This document shows positions 12,501 to 26,647 of a DNA stretch of 64,000 bases, in pieces. The notes under the pieces are model-generated. The model had not been told where the DNA came from and made no database searches. It was given only the letters and a program-made list of their open reading frames with translations. Each line of letters starts with the position of its first letter. Within the stretch, counting starts at the first letter, position 1. Both the position numbers and the translations under genes were made by a program. Source of the DNA: Octopus bimaculoides (lineage: Eukaryota); NCBI RefSeq assembly GCF_001194135.2, contig NC_068984.1, positions 98,314,535 through 98,378,534 on the forward strand, written 5' to 3'.

Positions 12501-15500
12501 AGTTTACCTATACCAAGTTCTGTCTAATTACAAGTTTCAACCTCCTGAAACCTATTACTGCAGAAACTAAAAATATTGATAGGATTCAGGATTCAATGAG
12601 GCATAATCATCTCATAAAAAGTTCCCATAAAGCAACAACTTTAATTTTAGCATATTTAATTTTCTATACAAAGGACCCATCAGGGAACCAAAGAGAAGCA
12701 GCCAAAAGATGTTCAAAAATGTTCAAAAACTACAGTCAAGATGCAGCAAATGAAAGTACTTGCAAAATTCAGACATGGCAATTTTGATTTACTTGATAAG
12801 CCTAAATCAGAACATCCTTCCAAATTGAAAGACAAAATGCTACAGGCAACACTTGCAAGGAATCCTACTATGGCAGTGAGAAAACTTTCCATTGAATTTA
12901 ACATTAGCATCTGACCATTCATAATCATTTGAAAAGCAAGGAAGTTTTTAAGTAGGTGGAAATTGGTTCCTCATGCTCTTTAGGCAGCAAATTATGAACA
13001 CAAGCTTGATTGTTGTGAATCATTCCGTACACATAACCATCAAGCACCATTTTTAAACTGGATCATGACTGGAGATGAAAAATGGAATCTTTACAGTAAT
13101 ATTAAGCACTTGCAGACAGAGGCTAAGTCCAAATCAAAAACTTGTACTACATCCACAAAAAGTATATTATCCAAAGAAAACTTTATTGAGCGTTTGGTGG
13201 GATATGGAAAAAAGTATTCATTATGAGCCTTTAGGGTCAAATCAAAGAGCAACTTCTGAAGTCAATCTTTAGCAGCTTTACTATTTGAAGACTGCTTTAG
13301 ATAGTAAACATCTTGCCTTAATAAACTGCAGTGGAGTTCTCTTTCATCATGATAATGCTGAACCTCACATTGAAGAAGTTACTGAAATGTTCAGGAATCC
13401 TTTGGATAGGAAAAATGCTATACCATCCATATTCCCCAGACCTCACTCCATCAAACTTCCATTTATTTAAATCATTGCAAAACCATTTAGATAGACAGTA
13501 TGCACAGCAAAGGACAGAGAAGATTAATTAAATATATTTAATTAAATTTATATTTTAATTAAAGAACCAAAGAATTTTTTCAAATTAAGCATTCAAAAAG
13601 AGAAGTGATAAAAAATAAAAGAACTTATATATGTTATCAAATCTGCAGTATCATCCTGTTTGTACTTTTAAATAAGTACTAAAAATCAAACAGAACTTAC
13701 TATACAGCCCTATATAAAATACTAACATTTCTTGATTAAATACAAAGCAAATATTTTTTATAGGTGATAGGTGCAATTAATGGAATTAACCTTGTTTTGT
13801 ATATGTGTGTGTGTGTGTGTGTGTGTAAGAGCTACAGCCCAATTAATTAGGAGCAAAATTAGGATAGATGAAATGCAGTTTGTCTTTGTCCAGGGAAGAA
13901 GCACTACCATTGTTATTTTGCTAGTCAGGCAACTGCAAAAGAAATAGTTAAGAATAAACCATTATACTTGGCATTTGTAGATCTAAGAGAAAGCCTTCCG
14001 TATACTATCTTGTGTGATATGGTGGGCTCTGAGGAGGCTAGAGATAGACAAGTGGTTGGTGAAAGCCATACAGACCATGCAAAGAGATACTGTTAGTAAG
14101 GTGAGAGTTAACCACGAGTACAGCAAAGAATTTGGTGTAAAGGTAGGGGTTTATCAAGGCTTAGTCCCCAGTCCCCTCCTTTTCATCATTGTCCTCCAGG
14201 CCATAACAGAGGAATTCAAGACCAGCAGCCCCTGGGAACCCCATATGCTGATAATGTTGCCCTCATAGCAGATTCCAAATCAGGGCTAGGAGAGAAACTC
14301 CAGGTGTGGAAGCAAAACCTGGAATCTAAGGGCCTTAAGGTTAACTTAGAAAAAACTAAAGTCTTAGTAAGCAAGGAAACAGACAGGGCCCTACCCACTT
14401 CAGGTAGGTGACCCTGTTAGATTTGTAGGAAAGGCATAGGCAGGAATACCATATGGTGTACGTAGTGTAAGCTTTGGACACAAAAGAAGTGCAGTGGATT
14501 AATAGGAAGGTTATCAGAAAAGATAGTTTTCTTATGTGGAAGATGCACAGGATCCATAAAAACTTTAGAGACTCAGGAAATTGATTCTCTCAAATACCTT
14601 GGTCGTTCATCAGAGGTAGTAGATAATTTCTGCTACCTAGGGGACCAAATTCATAGTTGGGGAGAATGCATAGAGTGTTTGATAGCTAGAATAAGAATAA
14701 GATGGAGGAAATTCAGAGAGCTGTTACCTCTGTTGCCTACAAAAGGTTTTTCTCTCCAAGTGAAAGGAAGGTTGTACGATGCATGTATATGGATAGCAGT
14801 TTTATATGGTTGTGAGACATGATCCCTGAATGCAGAGGACATGCAAAAGTTAGAGGGAAATGAGGCTAGAGTGCTCCGCTGGATGTGTAATGCAAGTGTA
14901 CATGTTCAATAGTGTGCTGATACATTGAGAGAGAAGTTAGGCACAAGGGGAATTAGTTGTGAGCAAGAGAGAAGACTGCACTGGTTTGGTCATGTGATGT
15001 GGATGGATGCTGACAGCTCCATAAAGAAGTGCTGATTTCTCAAAGTAGATGGAACAAGTGAAAGTGGGAGACCCAGGAAGACATGGGACAAAGTACTGAA
15101 GAACAACTCCTGGATGCTGACCCTTTTAGGTGAGATGACAAAGGACTGAGATGCCTGGTGCTTTGCTGTACTGAAGAAGACCTGTACACCACAGCAGAAG
15201 TGTTAAGACCGGTGCCTCTGGTGACCAGGATTGACCTGCAATGGTCCTGTATCGATGCCACGTAATAAGTACAAGTGATGGTGCCATCTAAAGTACAAGT
15301 GGTGCTATGTAAAAACGCCTGTATGGCACCATGTAAAAGCGTCCTTGCAGTGCCATGTAAAAGCACCCAGCACACTCTGTAAAGTGGTCAGTGTTAAGAA
15401 GGACATCCAGCTGTAGAAACCATGCCAAATCAGACTGGAGTCTGGTGCAGCCCCTCAGTTTACCAGCCCTGGTCAAACTGTCCAACCTAAACCAGCATGG

Positions 15501-18500
15501 ACAACGGATGCTAAATGATGATGATGGTGATGATATATATATCATCATCATCATCATTTAATGTCTGACCAGAGATGGCAAGCTGGAGAGCTGCAGCAGA
15601 CTCCAGTTTGATTTGGCATGGTTTCTACAGCTGGATGCCCTTCCTAACATCAACCACTCCAAGAGAAGTACTTCTTTTATAGATGAAAAAGTTTTCGTCA
15701 ACTTGAAACTCTAATTCAAAATAGAGAGGAAGCTATACACAGCAGGGAATTTCGTCTGATGCTCTGCTGTCTTGGCTCATTTATTCCACTCTTACATTGT
15801 ACAAAATACTGTCCACTTTATGTGGACAGTAGAAAACAAAGAAAAGTTGGTGGCAAGAAGCAATAAAAGACAGGGGAATGTGTTTGTTTTAGAAGGAAAA
15901 GATACTGGTTGCAGAGCTGATTAGGTCTCACAAATACATTAATACAAGGCATAGGCATGGATATATGATTAAAAAGCTCACTTCACAATCATGTAGTATG
16001 GGTTCAATCCCACAGTGTAACACTTTGGGCAAATGACATATTCCTCAGCCTTGGGTTGACCAATAACTTGTGAGTAGAATTTGGGTGATGGAAACTATGC
16101 TGAAGTCCGTTCTATATCCTCCTCCTCATCATCATCATCATTTTACACGGTTTTCTACGGTATTTTGACAGGATTCAATGGACTGAAGGAACAGTCTTTC
16201 TCTAATGTCTTGATTTTGGCATGATTCCTATGACTGAATGCCCTTCTTAACACCAAGCGGTTCACAGTGAACTGACTTTTTTTTTCTGCACCCCAAGCAC
16301 TGATGAAGTCAACGTGTAACTTGCAAAACTCTAAAAACCTCACGTGTGAGAGAGATTTAAAAAAGCTTGGTGTGAATTCAGAAAAGGTGTTGAAAAGTTA
16401 AGATATGATAGGAGGAACACATTAACCGTATATGTACACATACACACACATATGAAGGTAAGTGAGATATATCATTCCACTGCAGATACTAAAGAATTTA
16501 AATGACATTGAATTATTTCCCCTTAAGGTAGCAATCACTTCACTTTTGTATCTTATGTGAACAAAGAAATAAATATCAAAGTATTTGGAGTCAATATCAT
16601 TGATGAAAAATAAATACAAATTGTTGAAAGCAGTGCTCTGGCATAACTGAAGTCAAGTGACTGAAACCAATTATTGAATGAAAGTAAAATCAATATTCTA
16701 CAACCAAAATTAATCAATCCTAATCAAAAATTTCTTAGAAGATTATTTATAAATATAGTTAAAGCTTAATCCACTATTGTGATCATCTGAGTTAGCATGT
16801 TTTAGTTTCCCATTCAGTGTTTTGAAAAGAAAACAAAACTGTCATCCATACATGCAACCCTGCTTTATCTTAGGTGCCTCTAAGTTGATTTAAGGTGTTA
16901 TGAAGGAGAAAATAAAGTTCCAGCTACTGTGACAAGTGCAGCCAGAGACACCTCTCCCTTTCCTGCCTGACTCCTTGTGCACACTCCTTCCAGTTCCATG
17001 GATGATCCAACTTCTGACACCAAATGTTGCAAAATGTAGCCTCCTGACACCAACATGTTAGCAGCAGGGAAACTGCAGACCAGCATAGCAAGCCAACTTT
17101 CCCAGGGAAGTCATGCTAGTTAGATATCTTGTAGAATGTAGTTCTTTGCTGTTGGAGCTGTGTTGCTGTCAGGAGGCTGTGATTTGCAACAGATGCTTAT
17201 AAAGAGCTAAGAATTTTGAAGTACCTGCTGATACTGCTTATTTAGAATTAGCTCTACAATATTTTCTTTTAATGCAGAACATGTTATAGTAAACTTAATG
17301 CAGTAATACAAATATTAGTAAAGTAGTTTGCATTATAGTACATGTCTTGCAGGGAAGTAGGTACTATAGTATATGTATTAGTAACTGTAAACGGTCCTAC
17401 AACATGGTATATGATTGTAACTGCTTTGACCATTAATTATACACCACAGTGGTGGTGGTGATAAAGACCAACAAACTAGCATCTTTTTAAACATTGCTAT
17501 TGGTTATGTCATGGTTCTGAGTTCAAATCCACCCAGTTCAACTTAAAACTTTCATTTCTCCAATACACTCATCATCATCCTTGTACACCCACTGCCACTT
17601 TGCCATACTAGCAGAAGTTGGGTAGGTTACTTGATATTTTCTTTATATGACAAGATGCCCTTCCTGTGCCAGCCCATAGGTCACTTTTTATAATATGTGG
17701 GGTCGTGGGGTAGATATTCCAAAACTGGAAAACACAGTTAGGGCACCAATATTCTAAATATGATTAAATTTACAGGACGTAATGTTTAAGAAAAGAAGTG
17801 GCATTCAGTTAGATTTGTCACTTAGGATGGATTATCAAAATAGATCATATGACAAAAAAAAAAAAATTAAGTATTTACATTATCAGGAATAAGTAAAGGA
17901 AGATGTCTTTAAACTACTTACTTTATTAAATGTCCATTGATGTAGAGCACCTTGGTAACCATGGGCTAAGATAGAATCACCACATGGACTGAACAAACCA
18001 CCATAAAACCCTAATGTATTTCCACCAACTTCTCCAACACGAACCTACAAAAGACACACGGTTACAGTAATATATACATGATATATAGTTAAATAAAGAT
18101 TCAGGTACAAGCCTGGCGATATGTTATGCAAAGTCTGTCCACAGTTATTGGCTACCTGATATCATGTAGTGGAAATGCTCTTGCTACTGGATGTACATCA
18201 GGAATTCCATAATATCTGTAGAGTTTATATAAATAGATAAATGATAGAAAATGGAATGAACAATTTTCTTTATTTAAAATCACTACAAGTTTTTCAACAT
18301 ATTTTACACCTGTAGTACATTGGTGAGATGTTGTGTAATGAGGTGCTGTGTAATCATTATCGTGTATCAAAACATCTGTAGTGATTGTAAATGACATTTA
18401 TTCTATTTTCTATCATTTACCTGTCCGTCAGTCTGTGTGTGTGTATACACACACACAAGCTTTGTCAGTGGATTTGGTAGATGGAAACTGAAAGAAGCCT

Positions 18501-21500
18501 GTCGTGTGTGTGTTGGGGGGGGGGGGCATGTCTGTGTGGTTAATATATTTGCCTTGCAACCATGTGGTTCTGGCTTCTATCTCATGATATAGCCCCTTGG
18601 CCAAGTGTATTTTGGTGAACAATATGCACATCAGTAGAAAAACTACCAACAAACCAGCACATCAGACAGGCAATCCCTCATCACTCACACAGTTGGGAAA
18701 GCTATGAACCCGAGTTTAGTCTCATAGAAATCTATAACTAATAATATAGCATGTGTATATGAATGTGAGTATGAACAAGTTTATGAGTGTGCATGTGTCA
18801 AGGCTTGTGATGCAAGAGGCTTGGTTTACAATAATATTTGATTGTTCATAATATCTATACTGCAGGCAAATATTTCATGTGCTCTTTCTGTCATGCAAAC
18901 ACACATAAAAAAATAGCCACACATACATACATAAACATGAATGTCTGCAAATACACACACATGCATTGAAGACAAATAAGGAAAAGCTCAAACATTGTTG
19001 CTAGATTTTTACCTCTTCAACCCAAACTCCAGAATCTTTATCAACAGACCAAAGTATCATGGTTTTATCCATGGAAGCAGTAAGAAGTCGCAGAGGTTGA
19101 TGCCAACCATTTTCTGGAAAATTACAATAAAATATTATTACAATGCTACAGTAATAATGTTCTTTTTTATTTATAAAAAACAAAACAACTATGCTCATTT
19201 TATAGAATTGTGTCTCTTCCATAGAACTATCCCCATTTCTAATAACATCTGACCCTGTTTTAATGACCTGTCTGATCCCCAAGCTGTTTTCATTTCTTGG
19301 ACAGAGCCAATTTCTCCAAATTATCTACATTTCCATGTTTTTTTTTCCAAAGGACTATCTCCATACCCCAAAGTTTCCTCCAGTACCAACTGTCTTCTAG
19401 ACCAACACTGACCCCAAGACTGTTTTTTGAAATATAAACGAAATATTCAAACTGTCATAAATTGATGCATTATCATTTGGATATAAATATTTTCATTGAC
19501 TGGATTTATATTGTGTAAATATCAATATATGTATTTGCATGTGTGTATATGTAGACTGTGAGTTATGTGTATGTGGGTGTGTTCACACACACAAAAATGT
19601 ATCTAATTATATGCAAGGTAACATGGATGGAGTAGGGGTGTAGGCATACTCCTTGCATAGAAATGGGTAGATAAGGTCATAGAGGTTGTCAGGGTATGCA
19701 ATAGAGTGCTTAAGCTCAGGCTAGCCCTGCAGAACAGCACAGCTACAATTATCTCTGCCTACGCCCCACAAGCGGGGCTACCAAATGATCAGAAGGACCA
19801 TCTTCATGATACCCTTCTGCAAGCTACCTCAAAGATGAGTGGCAATGACCTCATCTTTGTAGCTGGAGATTTTAATGGGCATGTCGGGCAGAAATCTGGT
19901 ATCTTCACTGGTGTACACAGGGGCCATGGTATTAGTTCCCAGAACAATGAGGGAACTAGGCTACTGGAGTTCAGTGATGCATGTAACCTTTTAATCTGCA
20001 ACACTAAGTTCAGGAAGCCAGACAGCCACCTGATAACCTATCAATCAGGTGACTCTGCTAGCCAGATTGATTTCATCCTCACCATACAGCGGGACGCAGG
20101 GTTGCTCTTAAATACAAAGACCCTCCCAGGTGAGGAATGCACCACCCCCCAGCATAGACTAGTCAATAGTGACTTTCGACTCAAAACCAGAAGGATGCCA
20201 AGAAGCAGACTAATCCAGAAGAGGAGGATTTGGAAGCCAAAGAACACTTCACATGGTCAGAGATTTAGGGACATCCTCATCAAGAAATTTGATGAGAGAG
20301 GAAGGAGCTACAGTCCTCGGACATAGCAAGTAGCTGGAAATTCTTACGAGACAGATTACTGAGTGCCACAGACCAAGTCTGTGGATGGCGCAAAGTCCCT
20401 TCTAGAGCTAGAGTAAAGGGGTGGCAGAATAATACGGTAGACAAAGCCATCAGAGCAAAGAAGCAGGCCTGGAAATCCTGGAAGGGTGGGGGTAGCAGGG
20501 AACCGTACCAGATAGCCAAAAGGGAGGCTGGGTGACAGGTATATATAGCCAAGGGCAAAGCAGAAAAGAAGTTTGCCAATGTCCAGCAATGTGAGGACCA
20601 AAGAACTGAAGTATTCTGGATTGCAAGACTGTGTGTGAGAGAAAATTGTGATGTCACAGGAGAGAAATGTGTCCACATGGATGATGGTGCACTTGCTTTT
20701 AATGATTTGGAAAAGAAAGAAGTTTGGAGGAGACATTATGAAAGACTGCTGAACGTGGAGAATGAATCGGAAGAGGAGAGCCAGCCAAATATTGATCCAG
20801 TAGAGGGACCAACTATCTGAATAGGCAGCACCCTGGTAGATAAAGCAATTAAGGATATGAAGCCAGGAAAAGCCCCCAGCCCATCAGGAATCACTGCTGA
20901 GATGCTCAAAACATCTGGTGGTGTGGGCTATGGCCTAGTCACCCGTATTGTAAACCAGGTAGTTCATGATGGAGTCATACCCAATGACACGTGTAGCAGC
21001 ACCATAGTCAACTGCTACAAGGGTAAAGGTGATGCTTTAGATAGAAATAACTGCAGGGGTATCAAACTGCTGGATCAGGTGATGAAAGTCAAGGAGAGGG
21101 TCATAGCCCAACTAATTAGGGAGAGGGTCTGCTTAAATGAGATGCAGTTCGGTTTTGTGCCAGGTAGTAGCACCACTGATGCTATCTATATTCCTGGCTT
21201 GACAACTGCAGGAGAAATACCTAGCTAAAGATAAACCCCTATACTTAGCTTTGTGGACTTGGAGAAAGCCTTTGACAGGGTCCCCTGATCCCTTATCTGG
21301 TGGGTGATGCAGAAACTGGAGATTGACGAATGGTTAATAAGGGCTGTACAAGCCCTATACGGAGATGCTGTTAGTAGGGTTAGAATTGGAAATGAGTATA
21401 GTGAAGAATTCCAGGTAGACGTAGGGGTCCACCAAGGATCAGTCCTCAGCCACTTCCTATTCATCATAGTCCTTCAGGCAATAACAGAGGAATTCAAGAT

Positions 21501-23192
21501 AGGTTGCCCCCCTAAGAAGTCCTCTAAACTGATGACCTGACCCTCATAGCAGAATCACTACCAGAACTAGAGAAGAAACTTCAAGTGTGGAAGCAAGGTT
21601 TAGAATCGAAAGGCCTTAGAGTCAATGTTGCAAAGATCAATGTTCTAGTAAGTAGGAAAGCGAACACATCACACACCCCTTCAGGTAGGTGGCCCTGCTC
21701 AATCAGTAGAAAAGGTGCAGGTAGAAACTCCATAAGATGTACTGTGGATAGACAAGGAGAGCTGTGTGAAGAAGTGCCACTCCCAAACAGTGGAAGGAAT
21801 TTGGGGTAGAAGGAGACCCAGGAAGACATGGGATGGAGTGGTGAAGACATGGGTTGGAGTGGACCTTCAAACATTGGGCCTCACAGAGGCAATGACAAAA
21901 GACCGAGACCTCTGGAGGTATGCTGTGACTGAGAAGATCTGGCAAATAAAGTGAGTCTACAACTGTAACCTACACCAGTGTCGCATAACCAGCCCACTCC
22001 AAAGTACCTTGGATCGTAGGGCGACATGCTGTGCTTGAGGAGACCTATTGAGTCAAATAAATCAACATCAACAGCAATATCAAAATCAAATCAAATGGAA
22101 ATTGTAGTTGTGACCCCTGTGCCGGTAGCACGTAAAATGCACCATCTGAACGTGGCCGATACCAGTACCGCTTTGACTGGCTTCCGTGCAGGTGGCATGT
22201 AAAAGGCACCATCTGATTGTGGTTGATGCCAGCTCTTCTGGCCCCAGTGCTGGTGGCACATAAAAAGCACCCACTACACTCTGGGAGTGGTTGGCATTAG
22301 GAAGGGCGTCCAGCTGTAGAAATACTGCCAGATCAGATTGGGGCCTGGTGCAGCCTCCTGGCTTTCCAGATCCCAGTCAAACCGTCCAACCCATGCCAGC
22401 ATGGAAAACAGACGTTAAACGATGATGACGATGATGATGATATATGTGTCCATAAAAACCAACAAAACAATGTAAATATCTCAAAATAATCTAATGCAGG
22501 AAAGGATAGTACTTTGCTGTAGTTAACATTCTCTATGTACTCAGGCAGTACCTGTTCCTGCCTTATCACAGTTAAGTATGTACTGTGTCAAGGCAAAGTA
22601 TAGTGGTTGACCCAGAAATATATCACACCTACAGCAGATTAAAAACCATCATATTTTCTTTTAAAGTTTAGTCAGGAGAGGTAGGAGTGGTAGGAGCAGT
22701 ATCCATCATGTTTGTAGTTTCTTCTCCCAGTCAAGTGAAATTAAAATGGCTGCTGTTCAGTGTGAATCTTTGTAAGTAAAGTCTGAGCAAGAAGGGTATT
22801 CCAGTGGCATTATATTCCAGGGAGAAATGATTAGGTAGTGATTATTTTAGGGCCTGAGTAACAAAAACACTATTTTAACAATGACCTTCATCACCTCAGT
22901 GACCACAAGGAGGGCTTCTGTAGATACAGTTTGACTGGAGATTGTGAGAAATTCAGTGCAAACAATATCGTCTTTGAATTAGCAAATACCTTTGAGTGTG
23001 TCCACTAGGAGAATCTCATGGGGAACCAGATTGCCCTTGGGTTTCATCTGTTTCTAGTTTCTTGGACTGAAATTTTCCTATCAGACTGTGCCATCCCTGA
23101 TATGTGTCTCTTTCTGAGCTACAGCAGTCATAAACCCTAGTTTATAAGTAGTCAAATAAACACCCTAACTATCTGGTCATGCTGTCTACACA

Positions 23193-23226
<34 letters not shown>

Positions 23227-25676
23227 GGGTACACATACCTTTTTCAATGGGGGGATGCCATCTAACACTGTAAATCCATCCATCATGACCCAGCAAAACT
23301 GATTCCAATGTAATTGCAAAGCAGAGACTAGAGCCTATGAACCAGAAAGAAGAGAAATAGACATATTCATCAAAGCAAACAAATAATCAAATTACAAAAA
23401 AAGAAAAGTGTTTTTTTTTTTCAATGAAACAGTTGACTCCACTCAGTTACTTCATATTTTGACAGAAGGTATTCAATAAAGAATAATGAAATCTTGTTGA
23501 CTTCATAATCAGTGTATGAAAATCTGATTTGAAATAGTAAGACATAGTAAAGACTGGAATTGTGAAGAATGTAGAACAAGCAACTACAAAGACCCAGCCT
23601 TCAGTGAAACAACAGAGCAAATAATGCAGGAACCTTACCAATTTTTCAGCAGCTCTTTTAATCCAGACATAATTTACATGAAGAGAACACTGAAATTTCC
23701 TGCAACCATTATAGTTGCAGGAAATTTCAATTTTTATAGTATTCATTTGTTTATTGAGTAGTAATACTTGATGAAGGCAGAAATACTCTTCCTACAGCTA
23801 ACTGTGATAATATGAAAGTGAAAGTGTTTAAAACTAAATCTAACAACACGTGTTTACCCACTAAGAACGTTTTCTCAGTTAAAAGAAAACTTAACTTGGC
23901 TGCAGAGATTACAGTGATCTTGCATAAAAGAGGAAAAGTGGTGCCATGTCAAAAGTGCTGGTGCTACATAAAAAGCACTCAGTACACTCTGTAAAGTGGT
24001 TGGCATTATGAAGGACATCCAGCTGTAGAAACTATGCCAGAACAGACAATGTGGCACCCAGCCTTATCAGCTCCAGTCACACCATCTAAGCCATGCCAAC
24101 ATGGAAAACAGGCATTAAAGGATGATAATGATGTCCTTCACAATAACATTTCAGAAGGAGATCCAGTGGGGGGAAGAGTGGTTAGGTTTGTGCAAAGCAT
24201 TGGATTTTGTTTTTAATAGTTACACTTTCATATTATTATATATATTTCCAACTTTTATTTATAACATGCTTCTAGTGAATAAACAAAAGTAACTAATAAT
24301 ATGGAAGCAGTCTTCTAGCAATTTGCTCAGAACTATTATAATGAGTTACTATAACGTGACCACTTTTAATCCAGCAAAATGTATAATCTGGCATGGGACT
24401 GAAGCTAAGGATGCCAGGAAGTCGGGGATGTATCTGTAATATTAATTTATTTTTAAATAACAATTATATCTTACACAGAATAAATTCAATTAAGTTTAAC
24501 CCATTCCAGTACATGACTGGTACTTATTTAACCCCTAGAACAATGAAAGGCAAAGTTAACTTCAGTAGGATCTGAACTCAAAACAAGAAGAGATACAACT
24601 GACTTTTCACCATCTTAACCTTTTAGTATTCAGATTATTCTGTCAAACGTTATGTTTTATTTATTCATATAGTTTTGCATTAATCATGCATTACTTTTAG
24701 AGTTGAGATTTTGATGGTGTGATTCTTTGTTTTTAGAATGACTTCCTAGGACTGGAGCAAGAAGCCAGATATGGCCAGTTTGAACATAAAACAAGTAGAA
24801 TATTTGGGCTGGATATGGCTGGTTTAAATGCTAAAGAGTCAATGATAATAATTCATTATATAGGCTCAAAGCCAGAAATTTAATGAGGGAACAGAGCTGA
24901 TTAAGTCAACTCAGTACTTGACTGGTACTTTTATTTTACTGATCCAGAAATGATGAAAGGCAAACTTAACCTCAATGGTATCTGATTCTTGAATGTAAAA
25001 CACTGTAACCAAATACAGGGTGCAGCAGAAAGGTTGCCCCGATCTCAAAGGTTAATAAAAAACAAACACATGAAGATGCATGAAAAACTTTGTATTTCAA
25101 CGAAGTTCATTAAATGCCATTTTTTTTCCATTTCAGGTAGTACCCACCATGGCCTGGAGTGGAGGGCATCGTTTTTTCTTGTATCATCATGCGTTTGTTT
25201 TTTATTAACCTTTGAAAAAAAAAGAATAACAATAATAATAATAGTCCTTTCTACAATAGGCACAAGGCCTGAAATTTTGGGCAAAGTGGCCAGTTGATTG
25301 TATCAACTCCAGTGTTTAACTGGTAATTATTTAATCAATTCTGAAAGGATGAAAGGCAAAGTCGACCTTGGTGGACATTGAACTCAGAATATAAAGTCAC
25401 TAAGCATTTTGTCTGTTGTATCAATGATTCTATTAGCTCACCACCTAAATAATAAAAATAGTTTTCTCTGCTATAAGCAAAAGGCTTGAAATTTGGTGGG
25501 AGTGTGTAAGTCGATTACATTGACCGCAGTGCTCAACTGGTACTTATTTTATTGACCCCAAAAGGATGAAAAACAAAGTTGGCCTTGGCAGAACTTAAAC
25601 CTAGAATGTAAAGACAGACGAAATACCGCTAGGCATTTTCCTGGTATGCTGATGATTCTACCAGCTCACCGCCTTC

Positions 25677-25714
<38 letters not shown>

Positions 25715-26616
25715 CATAACAAGTTACTCCTGTCAATTTTGACATATGAACGTTTGAAGGAATGGATTGGAAAACAAAAAAACAAGGATAGAAAAAATAC
25801 TGCATGTATTTGCGATGGATACATGAACGTAATTTGAGTCCAGTTATGGACTTTGCTTATAAAGTCACAATGGGCACAATGATGATTTTGATTTTGCATA
25901 ATGTAAGCATGTCTTTGTGTGTGGAGAAGAGGCCTGGATGACTGACTCACACACCCAAAATAATATCAAAATATGTTTGTTTGCTGATACCCAGAGACTT
26001 TGACAGAACAGATTAATCATCTAGGTTGGCTCTCAACAGTTTGTGCCAATGTCCACCAGACAGATACATGATATATAATGACATACCTTTACTCTGTACA
26101 TTGATCAGGGTTTCCTTCATCTGAATATTTCCAGTAGCAGGCTTATCCCTGACTATAATGTTACTGTTCTCCTCGGGAGTAGTTTTCTGGGAAATCCTCC
26201 ATATACGCACAATGAAATCTTGTCCACAACTTGCCAATAGAAGATCACCATTATCTAAACATAAACAAACACAACATGCATTTATTACTATTAAATTATT
26301 AGACTTTTATATATACATATTGTTTTTCATATAATGTTTGTATTTATAGAAATGGCGGTTAATTTGCTATAAAGCCATAAAGAAATAAGTAGTGGACTGT
26401 CTTGATCATCTTAAAGAACTGAGAGCAAAGTCAAAGGGTCAGACTAATATGCCAGCTACTTTGTATAATAATCCTTTCTTATGTGAACTTGCCTTTTAAA
26501 TTATTGGGTGAAGAAAAGTAAGAGATAAAAACATCAGAGCTAAAACAAAAGAAAACAAACGAAAAAAAATGTTGTTAGACATTCATACACTAAAACCCTA
26601 GGAGAATCCAGAGTGC

Positions 26617-26647
<31 letters not shown>

